From Methanobacteriota archaeon (GTDB taxonomy: Archaea > Methanobacteriota > Methanobacteria > Methanobacteriales > Methanobacteriaceae), in assembly GCA_963787255.1 (NCBI GenBank), contig CAWBCJ010000029.1, positions 288,001 to 352,000 of the forward strand: a stretch of DNA of 64,000 nucleotides, read 5' to 3'. Below are positions 55,300 through 64,000 of this stretch, one piece after another; position 1 is the stretch's first letter; each line of letters starts with the position of its first letter. The notes beneath the pieces are model-generated. The model had not been told where the DNA came from, ran no database searches, and was given only the letters and a program-made list of their open reading frames with translations. The translations under genes and the position numbers were made by a program.

Positions 55300-56508
55300 T
55301 TACCACTGCTTTTTGTAGAAATAATCAAAAATCCTGCCGAAATCTGTTCCAGATACTTTTTTACCATTGTAAATACCATATATATTTTCTCTACCTTCTA
55401 AAAGAAATTTAGATTTAATACCATACTCTATTGAAAGATTAGCTTCCACAAATGCCGCTAATTTATCGCAAGCCTTAATAAGCTCACCATCAAGAGGCGA
55501 AAACTTATTAACATTGTAAGTTTTGTTTAAATCTTTGTATTTAATTCCTGTTTTTATAATATTTTTTTCATTGACTTTATTTTCAAATTCGTCCTCAAGG
55601 AAATACTTCATTTCATCATGCCACGGTTTAGGAAGTAAAGGCAATATTTCTTCCTTCATGCGTTCATTTTCATAATCTTTTATTAAAATATCCAGATCTG
55701 CAGCTCTTTTAATCGGAGATATAATATCTTTAGTTAAAACTTCAGGTAAATCATGGAATAATCCTGCAAAGAAGTTATTGTAGATTCTTTTCTCACATGG
55801 AGTGATTTCCATTTCAATAGTGCCTAAATAAGCAGTTACAGCGACAATTAACATATGCCCCAAAACTGATGTTTCGGGTATTCGGGGTGAATGAGCCCAT
55901 CTTTTTTGAAAACGAAGCTGGCCGCAAAGATCGACAAATCCAAAAGACTTTTTTCCAAGAAGGATTTTTTGAACACCTATTAAATCATAATGATCTTCAA
56001 TTTGATTTTCAATGTTTTCCTTTGTTTTTTCTATGCCGTATACAAAAGGAGCAGAGTTATATATGATTTTAAACTCCCAATTTGTTGCTAAATAGTGAGC
56101 AGCTCTTAGAATACGGCGCTCCAGCGTGTTAGGCGAATGCGTAAAATATTTTTTAAACTTATTCTTAAATTCTTTGTTTTCAAGCGCGTCTAAATCGTCT
56201 TTCAATTCTTTTAAGACATATTCGTTAAGTTCTTCACGTCTTTCAGCCATCATTCGGTGAAATACCGGTGGTTTAATGTCTGTTAAAACTAATCTGTAAA
56301 GAAAATCAAAAATGAATCCTTCTATGAGGTTTATCCAATTTATATGTCCCTCTCCTTTTCTATCTTCCTCAATTTTGGCTATAACGTATGCTATAGCTAT
56401 TTTATGTGCTTGTTTATCCAGTTCGGTTAGTTCTACAGGCCTTATGTGATCATTCCACCGCTGCATGCTTGCAGCTTCAAAGAATCTTTCGATTAGTTTT
56501 TCTATCAT
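55300..56508 (-). CDS. Tandem HD-domain protein (YfbR-like duplication)
   Basis: QRWNDH...TDIKPP repeated as KRWAH...SVLGH...FHDLPE..DIISP...CDKLAA. Confidence 0.82.
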   Translation of the reverse strand: MIEKLIERFFEAASMQRWNDHIRPVELTELDKQAHKIAIAYVIAKIEEDRKGEGHINWINLIEGFIFDFLYRLVLTDIKPPVFHRMMAERREELNEYVLKELKDDLDALENKEFKNKFKKYFTHSPNTLERRILRAAHYLATNWEFKIIYNSAPFVYGIEKTKENIENQIEDHYDLIGVQKILLGKKSFGFVDLCGQLRFQKRWAHSPRIPETSVLGHMLIVAVTAYLGTIEMEITPCEKRIYNNFFAGLFHDLPEVLTKDIISPIKRAADLDILIKDYENERMKEEILPLLPKPWHDEMKYFLEDEFENKVNEKNIIKTGIKYKDLNKTYNVNKFSPLDGELIKACDKLAAFVEANLSIEYGIKSKFLLEGRENIYGIYNGKKVSGTDFGRIFDYFYKKQW

Positions 56509-56627
56509 GAATTCACCAGTATAATAGAATAGATAGAAAGCAGTATATAATTATTAAGAATTAAATTGAAAAACGATAATCGAATTATGATACACCAAAT
56601 AGTAAAACTAAAAAAAAATAGAGATTT

Positions 56628-56647
56628 AAGCAGTCCGAAGACCGCTT
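56628..56647 (-). terminator. Stable hairpin with cUUCGg tetraloop after mtd
   Basis: Minus-strand RNA reads AAGCGGUC-UUCG-GACUGCUU, followed by a U9 run (A tract at 56610-56618). Confidence 0.75.
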
Positions 56648-56655
56648 TTAATCAT

Positions 56656-57486
<831 letters not shown>

Positions 57487-57702
57487 TATATCACCGGCTG
57501 TAGCTATTTTTTTAATCAAATAAGTATTTTTTGATTTAATTTTTAGGGATAATGTTTTTATAGGAGTATTTAAACTGGCTTTATAAAGAAATGCAAATTA
57601 ATGAATATATAGAAATGCTAATTTTAATTTTGAAAAATAACTAACCACATTAAAACTAATAAGACATACTAAATTCATTATTTTAAATTAAAAAATTTAT
57701 TC

Positions 57703-58773
57703 CTATCTAAATTTAGATCTTGCATTCCAGATCTTTTTGAAGCTTTTAATTCCACCGCTTTCACCTTTTTCAACTTCAAAATTATTAATCAAATCTATTA
57801 TATTAAAAACAGATTTTTCTCCTTTCTCAACAAGCCATTTACCCTTCGGTTTCTTTAAATCATTGATGACTTCAGTGATTTCTTTAATTTCTGCTACTTT
57901 AATGCCTAGTTCTCCTGCAAGTTCAACACTTGCATGCTGTCTGTGAAATCCGGCTAATTTAAGTGACGGCACACCAAGAACACCCGCTTCAATGGTAAGT
58001 CCCATTCCCGCGCCGTAAATCATTCCTGACGATGCATTCATCAGACTTAATAGATCCACAAAGCCATCTAAAACCTTTATTTTTGGAGATTTAACCAAAC
58101 TCTTTACATATTCTGCATCAAAACGAAAAGGAACAATTAAAACAGATTTTTCAAGTTTTTCAACTGCCTTTACTATCTTTGGAATGTCTTTTCCCTGCAC
58201 ATCCCCACCAAAGACAAGGAGTAAGAAATCATCTGTATTATGCTCATGTTTTAAAATATCAGGGTCTTTTAACTGCCTTTTATTCACATAAGAAGCCATA
58301 GGATATCCTCCAATTACTTTAGAATTATATATTTCGTAATTTTCCGATAAAAAATCCTGATAGTGTTTTGAAGGAGCTGTGAGAAGGTTGGAGAATGCAA
58401 TCATTTCTATGGGATTATAGAAATCCTGTTCTATGTGCAGGTCAGGAATTCTAAGAAATTTAGCTGCGGATATTCCCTTTCTAACATCTCCTGCATTCCC
58501 ACAGGTTAAGAGTAAATCAATTTTTTTGCCTCGTAGCGCTTTAATTGTGCTTATAATATCTTCAAAAACAAGAGATGCTATTTTCGTTTTGGATCTCTTT
58601 TCCGCGCCCTTACCTCTGCTTTCACCGATAGAGTGCATTTCTGTGCAAAAATCTTTTAATAATTCTTCTGCACCTTGACCATGAGTTAAGCCAATTATTT
58701 CAGCATTTAACCTCCCAAGTACCGGTACAAACGCTTTTGCAGGCGCTATTTCTGCTATGACCGCGATTTTCAT
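57703..58773 (-). CDS. Hypothetical protein with possible GT-B / UDP-GlcNAc epimerase-like fold
   Basis: LLTCGNAGD, GGYP, FGGD and GAGMGLTIEAGVLGVP. Lies directly downstream of cfbB. Confidence 0.6.
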   Translation of the reverse strand: MKIAVIAEIAPAKAFVPVLGRLNAEIIGLTHGQGAEELLKDFCTEMHSIGESRGKGAEKRSKTKIASLVFEDIISTIKALRGKKIDLLLTCGNAGDVRKGISAAKFLRIPDLHIEQDFYNPIEMIAFSNLLTAPSKHYQDFLSENYEIYNSKVIGGYPMASYVNKRQLKDPDILKHEHNTDDFLLLVFGGDVQGKDIPKIVKAVEKLEKSVLIVPFRFDAEYVKSLVKSPKIKVLDGFVDLLSLMNASSGMIYGAGMGLTIEAGVLGVPSLKLAGFHRQHASVELAGELGIKVAEIKEITEVINDLKKPKGKWLVEKGEKSVFNIIDLINNFEVEKGESGGIKSFKKIWNARSKFR

Positions 58774-58807
58774 AGAAACGACTTCCTCAAAATTTAAAGT
58801 TAAGATT

Positions 58808-60154
58808 TTATTTTAGGGCGCTGTTAATTAAATTTGAAGCAAATTGCGGGCAAGCTGCGGTGTGAGTGTGTATGTAGCTTGCAACAGTGTTCTTTTTCAT
58901 TAATCCATCCATCGAATTTCCAATCCCCCTTCCCCTAAGTATTTTAAATGCAAAATCGGGCTTAATTCCATTTAACAATACTTTAGAGTAGTGAAATTCA
59001 TGTCCCCTAAATTGTTCACCCTTTTTTGTAATTATATTATCTTTAGCAGCTTCTGCAATAACGTAACTTAATCCCTGAACTTTTTTGGTCATCTGAGATT
59101 CATAATTAAAAATTCCACACATTTTTTTGCTGTTTATCGAGTTTGTAAGGTACATCAACCCTCCACACTCTCCATAAATTGGGTTTCCATTTTGGTGGAA
59201 TTTAAGGATTGATCTTCTCATTGAAACATTATCTTCAAGTTCTTTTGCGAATATTTCAGGATATCCGCCACCGATATATAGTGCATCTACATCAGGGATT
59301 TCTTCATCTTTAAATGGACTAAATAGAACTATTTCAGCATTGTTGGCCTTTAGAGCCTCTAAATTTTCAATATAATAAAAATTGAACACTTCATCCATGG
59401 CAACTCCGATTTTAACTTTTTTACGGTTTTTTTGATGCCATGTTTCTTCCCTTCCTTCAGGAAGCTTTTTAGCGTTTTTCATTATTGAAATAAGTGCGTC
59501 GAGGTCTATATTTTCCTTGATCATTTCTCCCCATTTTTCAATATAATTCAATAAATTTTCACGCTCTACAGCTGGGACAAGGCCTAAATGTCTTTGTTCT
59601 ACTTTAATTGCATCGTTTCTTTGAATTCCACCAATTACGGGTGTTTTTGCAAGGGTTTCTACCGCCTCTTTTGTTTTAAGGTAATGTTTTTTGTTTTTTA
59701 CCTGGTTTAAAATGACTCCTTCAATCTTAATAGTTGGATCAAGTGTTTTAAATCCAATTACAATTGCTGCAGCGCTTTTAACAAGACTTCGGGCATTGAT
59801 AATCAGTATTACTGGAGCATCGAGTGCCTTTGCAATGGATGCTGTGTTTCCAACGTCCCCTGTAGGGCTAATTCCTTCATAAAGTCCCCTTACGCCTTCT
59901 ATTATGCCAAAATCAGCCTTTGAAGTTTTTATGCCTCTTTCAAATGCCGATCTAATCTGTCCATCAGACATAAAAAATGAATCAATATTTCGGGAACTAT
60001 TCCCTGTTGCAAGAGTGTGATATGATGGATCTATGTAATCAGGGCCTACTTTATAGGGTTGTATCCGGTATTCTTCGGATAATGCTTTCATTATCCCTGT
60101 TGAAATGGTTGTTTTTCCTACTGCACTTCCTGTTCCTGCTAAGACAATTCTCAT
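58808..60154 (-). CDS. cfbB: Ni-sirohydrochlorin / cobyrinate a,c-diamide synthase
   Basis: [42 protein letters not shown] and GHEFHY. The EGVRGLYEG variant favours CfbB over CbiA (inference). Confidence 0.8.
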   Translation of the reverse strand: MRIVLAGTGSAVGKTTISTGIMKALSEEYRIQPYKVGPDYIDPSYHTLATGNSSRNIDSFFMSDGQIRSAFERGIKTSKADFGIIEGVRGLYEGISPTGDVGNTASIAKALDAPVILIINARSLVKSAAAIVIGFKTLDPTIKIEGVILNQVKNKKHYLKTKEAVETLAKTPVIGGIQRNDAIKVEQRHLGLVPAVERENLLNYIEKWGEMIKENIDLDALISIMKNAKKLPEGREETWHQKNRKKVKIGVAMDEVFNFYYIENLEALKANNAEIVLFSPFKDEEIPDVDALYIGGGYPEIFAKELEDNVSMRRSILKFHQNGNPIYGECGGLMYLTNSINSKKMCGIFNYESQMTKKVQGLSYVIAEAAKDNIITKKGEQFRGHEFHYSKVLLNGIKPDFAFKILRGRGIGNSMDGLMKKNTVASYIHTHTAACPQFASNLINSALK

Positions 60155-60415
60155 ATTGTTTAATGAGTGATGATGTTATTTAAAATTTCATATCTAAATT
60201 TTAATGCAAGCTCATTCAATTTACAATGTAAATTAGTTAAATTAAAAGTAATCACACAACGCTTATTTTTTTTCTTTGAATGTTGTATTTTAAAGAAGTT
60301 GGGCCTTTAAAATATAACATGATCTATGAATTTGATCATGACCTGATCATTACTTATTTAATCTAAAATAATTTAAAAAAATAAAAAGTTAATATTTATT
60401 TAAATATTTTAGCAT

Positions 60416-60859
60416 TTATGCTGGTATTAAATGTGTTGCGCCTCTGTATACATGTTCTTTACCATGTACTGAGCAATAATCAGCATCACATCCCCCTTTA
60501 GCCATGTTACAGTATAACATCCCTTCAGGACATCCGCCACCTCTTGTAAAGCTTAGTGTTCCATATTTATGGCATTGAGGACAATAATTTACCCATGATT
60601 TACTATGAGATGCACAATTAGTGAACATACTACATGAACATTCACCTCTTGTAGATATAATTCCTCTTTTTTGAACTTTGGATTTAGCATTTACTTTTTG
60701 TTCAGATGGAAGTTCTGCGGTTGCCATAACAAGTGAAGACTGGGCAAAAGTAGATTCATCTTTTGATACATCCTGGCTATTTATGGTTCCTGAAAAAAAT
60801 AGACCCCCTATAGCCATGCAAAGCACCATTATAGATATATATAGAGATCTTCGCTTAAT
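60416..60859 (-). CDS. Secreted Cys/His-rich protein with a probable ATT start
   Basis: GGAGGAG RBS lies 5 nt before ATT (60859), giving (M)KRRSLYISIMVLCMAIGGLFF. C-terminal CSC, CPQC, C..EG..YC and CDADYC..HG.EH motifs. Confidence 0.75.
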   Translation of the reverse strand: MKRRSLYISIMVLCMAIGGLFFSGTINSQDVSKDESTFAQSSLVMATAELPSEQKVNAKSKVQKRGIISTRGECSCSMFTNCASHSKSWVNYCPQCHKYGTLSFTRGGGCPEGMLYCNMAKGGCDADYCSVHGKEHVYRGATHLIPA

Positions 60860-60918
60860 TTTATCTCCTCCACGTTTTTTAATATGTTAAATAATAAATT
60901 ATTACGTTAATATTTTAA

Positions 60919-60954
60919 TAGTAAATTTTACTACTTTTATTGTAAAGTTTATTA
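60919..60954. promoter_or_regulatory. Tandem palindromic operator-like sites
   Basis: Perfect TAGTAAA-T-TTTACTA at 60919-60933 and a 12/15 copy TTGTAAAGTTTATTA 21 bp away at 60940-60954. Confidence 0.45.
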
Positions 60955-61340
60955 TATTTAAATATTTTGATTTTAAATTCAAAAAAACGCCCATTTACAG
61001 CCTATTTTAAGATTTAAAGCCTAATTATAAGGAATCATATCATTGAAATAGAAATTCCCTTCCTCAGTTCTTATTTTTAATAGATTAGCTTAAAAAAGAG
61101 TTTGTTTCTTGAAAACTTACGTATTAAATATTTTTTCCCCATGAACGTTATTTCCTATAGATGCAATGGGCATAAGAATAAATTTAGTTTAGATAATATG
61201 CATGTATTTCCAGTAATATATCTAAAAAACACCGATTTATATGCTTAAATTTAATTTAAACCCTTAAAATTAATAATTTTCCAGTTTTTTCTTAAGTTTG
61301 TAAAACGAAAAATCTAATTATCATCATTAAATAATATAAA

Positions 61341-62465
61341 TTGATGAATCTAGAAAAACTCAGAGCTCTTGGGGATTCTGCAAAATATGATCTATGTAAC
61401 TATGTAAGTGGTAACATTGAAACTTACGCCGAAGGTAAAATACCCGGAGTTTATAACAGTACTTCACCAAGTGGGCACTGCATGCCAATATTTAAAGTAC
61501 TTATGACTAATAAATGCTCTAATGACTGCAAATACTGTATGAACAACACTAAAAATAAATTAGAGCGTTATGAATATGAGCCAGAGGAACTTTCAAGATT
61601 ATTTTTAGATTATTATAATAAAAGGTACGTTGAAGGTTTATTTTTAAGTTCAGGAATTAGAAATGAAATCGATCCCTCCATGGAAAAAGAGATCGAAGTT
61701 GCCAGAATATTAAGAGATTATGGATATGACGGCTATATCCACCTTAAAATAATTCCAGGAACGTCTTTTGACCTTATAAAAAGAGCAATGAAACTTGCAG
61801 ATAGGGTAAGTATCAATATAGAGTCTGCAACTCCTGATGGATTAGAGGAAATTACCACAACGAAAAACTTTAAAATCGATATTTTAAGGCGTATGAAATG
61901 GATTAACAATCTTTCTAAAAAAGACGCAACTCTAGCTCCTTCAGGCCAGACCACCCAATTCATTGTTGGGGCGACTGACGAAACTGATGAGGAATTTCTT
62001 AAAAGAACAAAGTGGCTTCACGATAAATTTGAAATCAGAAGAAGTTATTTCAGCGCATTTAATCCCCTGAAAGATACTCCTCTTGAAAATCGTGATGAAC
62101 CTCATCCTATGAGAACTGCAAGACTTTATCAGGCTGATTTTCTGCTTAATTCATATAAGTTCCGTCTTGATGAACTTATTTTTGATGAAAATGGAAATAT
62201 TGAAACAGAAATAGATCCAAAATATTCCTTTGCCATGAATAACCTAGATTTATTCCCGATAGATGTGAACGAATCATCATTTAATGAACTAATAAGGGTT
62301 CCAGGGATTGGAAAGATTTCAGCTAAGCGAATCATAACTCTCAGAAAACGTGGGATGAAAATCAGTGGATTAGAAGAACTAAAAAATTTAGGCGTTGCTG
62401 TAAAGCGTGCTGAACCTTTTATTAAGCTTAATAACTCTTATCAAAGTACTTTAGTAGGACTTTAA
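61341..62465 (+). CDS. Radical SAM protein with helix-hairpin-helix (putative DNA modification/repair, TIGR03916-like)
   Basis: AKYDLC, CSNDCKYC, EGLFLSSG, YIHLK, RLYQADFLL and VPGIGKISAKRI. Confidence 0.88.
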   Translation: MMNLEKLRALGDSAKYDLCNYVSGNIETYAEGKIPGVYNSTSPSGHCMPIFKVLMTNKCSNDCKYCMNNTKNKLERYEYEPEELSRLFLDYYNKRYVEGLFLSSGIRNEIDPSMEKEIEVARILRDYGYDGYIHLKIIPGTSFDLIKRAMKLADRVSINIESATPDGLEEITTTKNFKIDILRRMKWINNLSKKDATLAPSGQTTQFIVGATDETDEEFLKRTKWLHDKFEIRRSYFSAFNPLKDTPLENRDEPHPMRTARLYQADFLLNSYKFRLDELIFDENGNIETEIDPKYSFAMNNLDLFPIDVNESSFNELIRVPGIGKISAKRIITLRKRGMKISGLEELKNLGVAVKRAEPFIKLNNSYQSTLVGL

Positions 62466-62483
62466 TTCTATTTTTATACATAT

Positions 62484-62637
62484 AAGTTATATCTTCTTAG
62501 TTTTAAGTTAAAATTTATAACTGATATGTTATAACTTCTTAGTTTTAAGTTACAAGTTATATGTTAAAATTCATAACTAATATGTTATAACTAATAACTT
62601 CTAAGTAATTACTTATAAGTTATAAAGAATAAGTTAA
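62484..62637. repeat. Array of 22 contiguous 7-bp units, consensus AA(G/C)TTAT, candidate centromere-like parC/parS site
   Basis: Parses without gaps as aagttat atcttct tagtttt aagttaa aatttat aactgat atgttat aacttct tagtttt aagttac aagttat atgttaa aattcat aactaat atgttat aactaat aacttct aagtaat tacttat aagttat aaagaat aagttaa. G or C occupies position 3 in 19 of 22 units. Confidence 0.85.
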
Positions 62638-62703
62638 AATGATCTTCAAATCTTGCCATAAAACATATTTGTATTTTTTGTGGCATGCAAAAATCTATAA
62701 TTT

Positions 62704-62731
62704 TTAACCCTCAACACATTTTGAGGGTTAA
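62704..62731. terminator. Hairpin downstream of the parA operon
   Basis: TTAACCCTCAA-cacatt-TTGAGGGTTAA perfect 11-bp inverted repeat. Confidence 0.65.
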
Positions 62732-62758
62732 CATTTTTTTTTAATCATTAAAAAAAAA

Positions 62759-63115
62759 TTATATACGTTCTTCAAACAACTCCCAAATTTCAGGATATTT
62801 TTCTTTCACTGCTTTTTCAATTAAAAGAGACGCTTCACTGCTGATGCTGAATTCAGGCTCTGTTTTCCTTAAATATCTCAAAACAGCAGCCGATTTTGCA
62901 GACCAAAGTGAAATACGTGGATTTTTCTTTATTTCAGCTAAAACTCCATCAATAACTTCTTCATTTAATTCCAAAACATTATCTACAGTTAATTTTTCAT
63001 CATGCTCTTCATCGGGAATGACTGTTTTAGGATCATCTTCTTTAACGTATTTTTTACTAATTAAAGCATCGAGCCCCCGTCCAAGCGCGCCACCCTGTTT
63101 TTTATCGGTGCTCAT
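62759..63115 (-). CDS. ParA partner protein with ParB-like LGRGL peptide and predicted ribbon-helix-helix domain
   Basis: GGALGRGLDALI at the N-terminus and C-terminal RISLWS / AKSAAVLRYLRK / SISSEASLLIEKAV strand-helix-helix pattern. Overlaps the parA stop by 14 nt. Confidence 0.75.
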   Translation of the reverse strand: MSTDKKQGGALGRGLDALISKKYVKEDDPKTVIPDEEHDEKLTVDNVLELNEEVIDGVLAEIKKNPRISLWSAKSAAVLRYLRKTEPEFSISSEASLLIEKAVKEKYPEIWELFEERI

Positions 63116-63887
63116 TATTTCCCTCCATTTCTAATATCTCATCAGCAAGATCCATATAAGCAACAGAACCTTTACACTCTTCATCATAGATGATACATGG
63201 TTTTGCATGGCTTGGAGCTTCTGCAAGCTTAACATTACGAGGTATAGTTGTTTTAAAGATATTTTCTTTCTCTCCAAAGTATTCAATAACATTGCTGTAT
63301 ACTTCTCTTCCAAGCCTTGTTCTGGAGTCATAAAGAGTAAGAAGAATCCCTTTAATTTTTGAAGGACTGTCAAGACGGTTTGAGACGAGTTCCATAGCTT
63401 CTATAAGATCTGCCATCCCTTCAAGAGCATAAAATTCTGCTTGAATTGGGATAATAACACTATCTGAAGCTACCAACGAATTTATGGTTAGCACGCCGAG
63501 AGATGGAGGCACATCAATAAAAATATAATCGTAAGAATCTTTAATAGTTTCTAATTTTTCTTTTAATATGGAATGAAATCCTATTTCCCCACTTAATTCA
63601 ATTTCAGCACCGCTTAAAGATATATTACTTGGAACGATGCCCAATCTATCAATTCCCGTGGGCATTATAGCTTCCGAAATAGAGTTTTTTCCAGTTAAAG
63701 TTGTATATATAGTCTTTTCAAGTGTGTTTTTCTCTATTCCAAAGCTTGTAGTGGCATTGCCCTGAGGATCAATGTCTACAAGTAAAATATTTCTGTTATT
63801 AATGGCCAGTGCAGTTGAAAGATTAACTGCAGAAGTGGTTTTACCGCAGCCTCCCTTCTGATTTAATATTGCAATTATTTCACCCAT
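63102..63887 (-). CDS. parA: ParA/Soj family partition ATPase
   Basis: Deviant Walker A NQKGGCGKTT, DIDPQGNAT, IDVPPSLG, PIQAEFYALEG and IPRNVKLAEAPS. Confidence 0.95.
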   Translation of the reverse strand: MGEIIAILNQKGGCGKTTSAVNLSTALAINNRNILLVDIDPQGNATTSFGIEKNTLEKTIYTTLTGKNSISEAIMPTGIDRLGIVPSNISLSGAEIELSGEIGFHSILKEKLETIKDSYDYIFIDVPPSLGVLTINSLVASDSVIIPIQAEFYALEGMADLIEAMELVSNRLDSPSKIKGILLTLYDSRTRLGREVYSNVIEYFGEKENIFKTTIPRNVKLAEAPSHAKPCIIYDEECKGSVAYMDLADEILEMEGNNEHR

Positions 63888-63896
63888 TTTGAGCGC

Positions 63897-63943
63897 CCTC
63901 CAATTTACTTCTAAATTGTAAGTTATAAGTTATAATATTTAAA
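63897..63943 (-). promoter_or_regulatory. parA promoter with in-register heptads between TATA box and RBS
   Basis: Minus-strand TTTAAATA at 63936-63943 and GGAGG RBS at 63897-63901. Heptads tacttct aaattgt aagttat aagttat at 63906-63933 match the downstream array. Confidence 0.7.
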
Positions 63944-64000
63944 ATTTGTTAAGGTTATTACAGCCAAAGACCTCTTATTTGATTCCAAATTTAGGTAATG

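Noticed and set aside
62484-62637. CRISPR array or simple microsatellite interpretation of the heptad array
   Set aside because: There are no 25-40 bp repeats with unique spacers and no cas genes. The units are too divergent for recent slippage.
61341-64000. Integrated plasmid or provirus explanation for the par module
   Set aside because: No integrase, rep, att or viral genes are visible and nearby genes are chromosomal. The sequence beyond 64000 is unseen, so this is not fully excluded.

Overview
AT-rich archaeal chromosome segment from a hydrogenotrophic methanogen, most likely Methanobacteriaceae or Methanobacterium. Supporting genes are mtd, fae-hps, cfbB, cfbD, tfrA, sepS, albA, mthK and trpB2 with TRP boxes. 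Most of the window is housekeeping genes. The most interesting feature is at the right end: a candidate three-part chromosome-partition module. It consists of a ParA/Soj ATPase, a 118-aa partner that joins the bacterial ParB N-terminal LGRGL peptide to a predicted ribbon-helix-helix domain, and a centromere-like array of 22 contiguous in-register heptads (consensus AA[G/C]TTAT). The same heptads recur in the parA promoter. Other points of interest are a tRNA-Arg(GCG) with a degenerate 3' duplicate bracketing a one-gene islet, next to a decayed TIGR02391-like relic; a Cys-rich secreted protein that appears to start at ATT; a PadR promoter with 30-bp-spaced repeats; an MthK orthologue with a natural Glu-to-Gln change at a Ca2+ site; and several unannotated small ORFs and pseudogenes. 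A cluster of single-base frameshifts at about 32.2-39.3 kb, plus one at about 2.95 kb, looks like assembly error. All assignments come from motif reading and recall, with no database searches.
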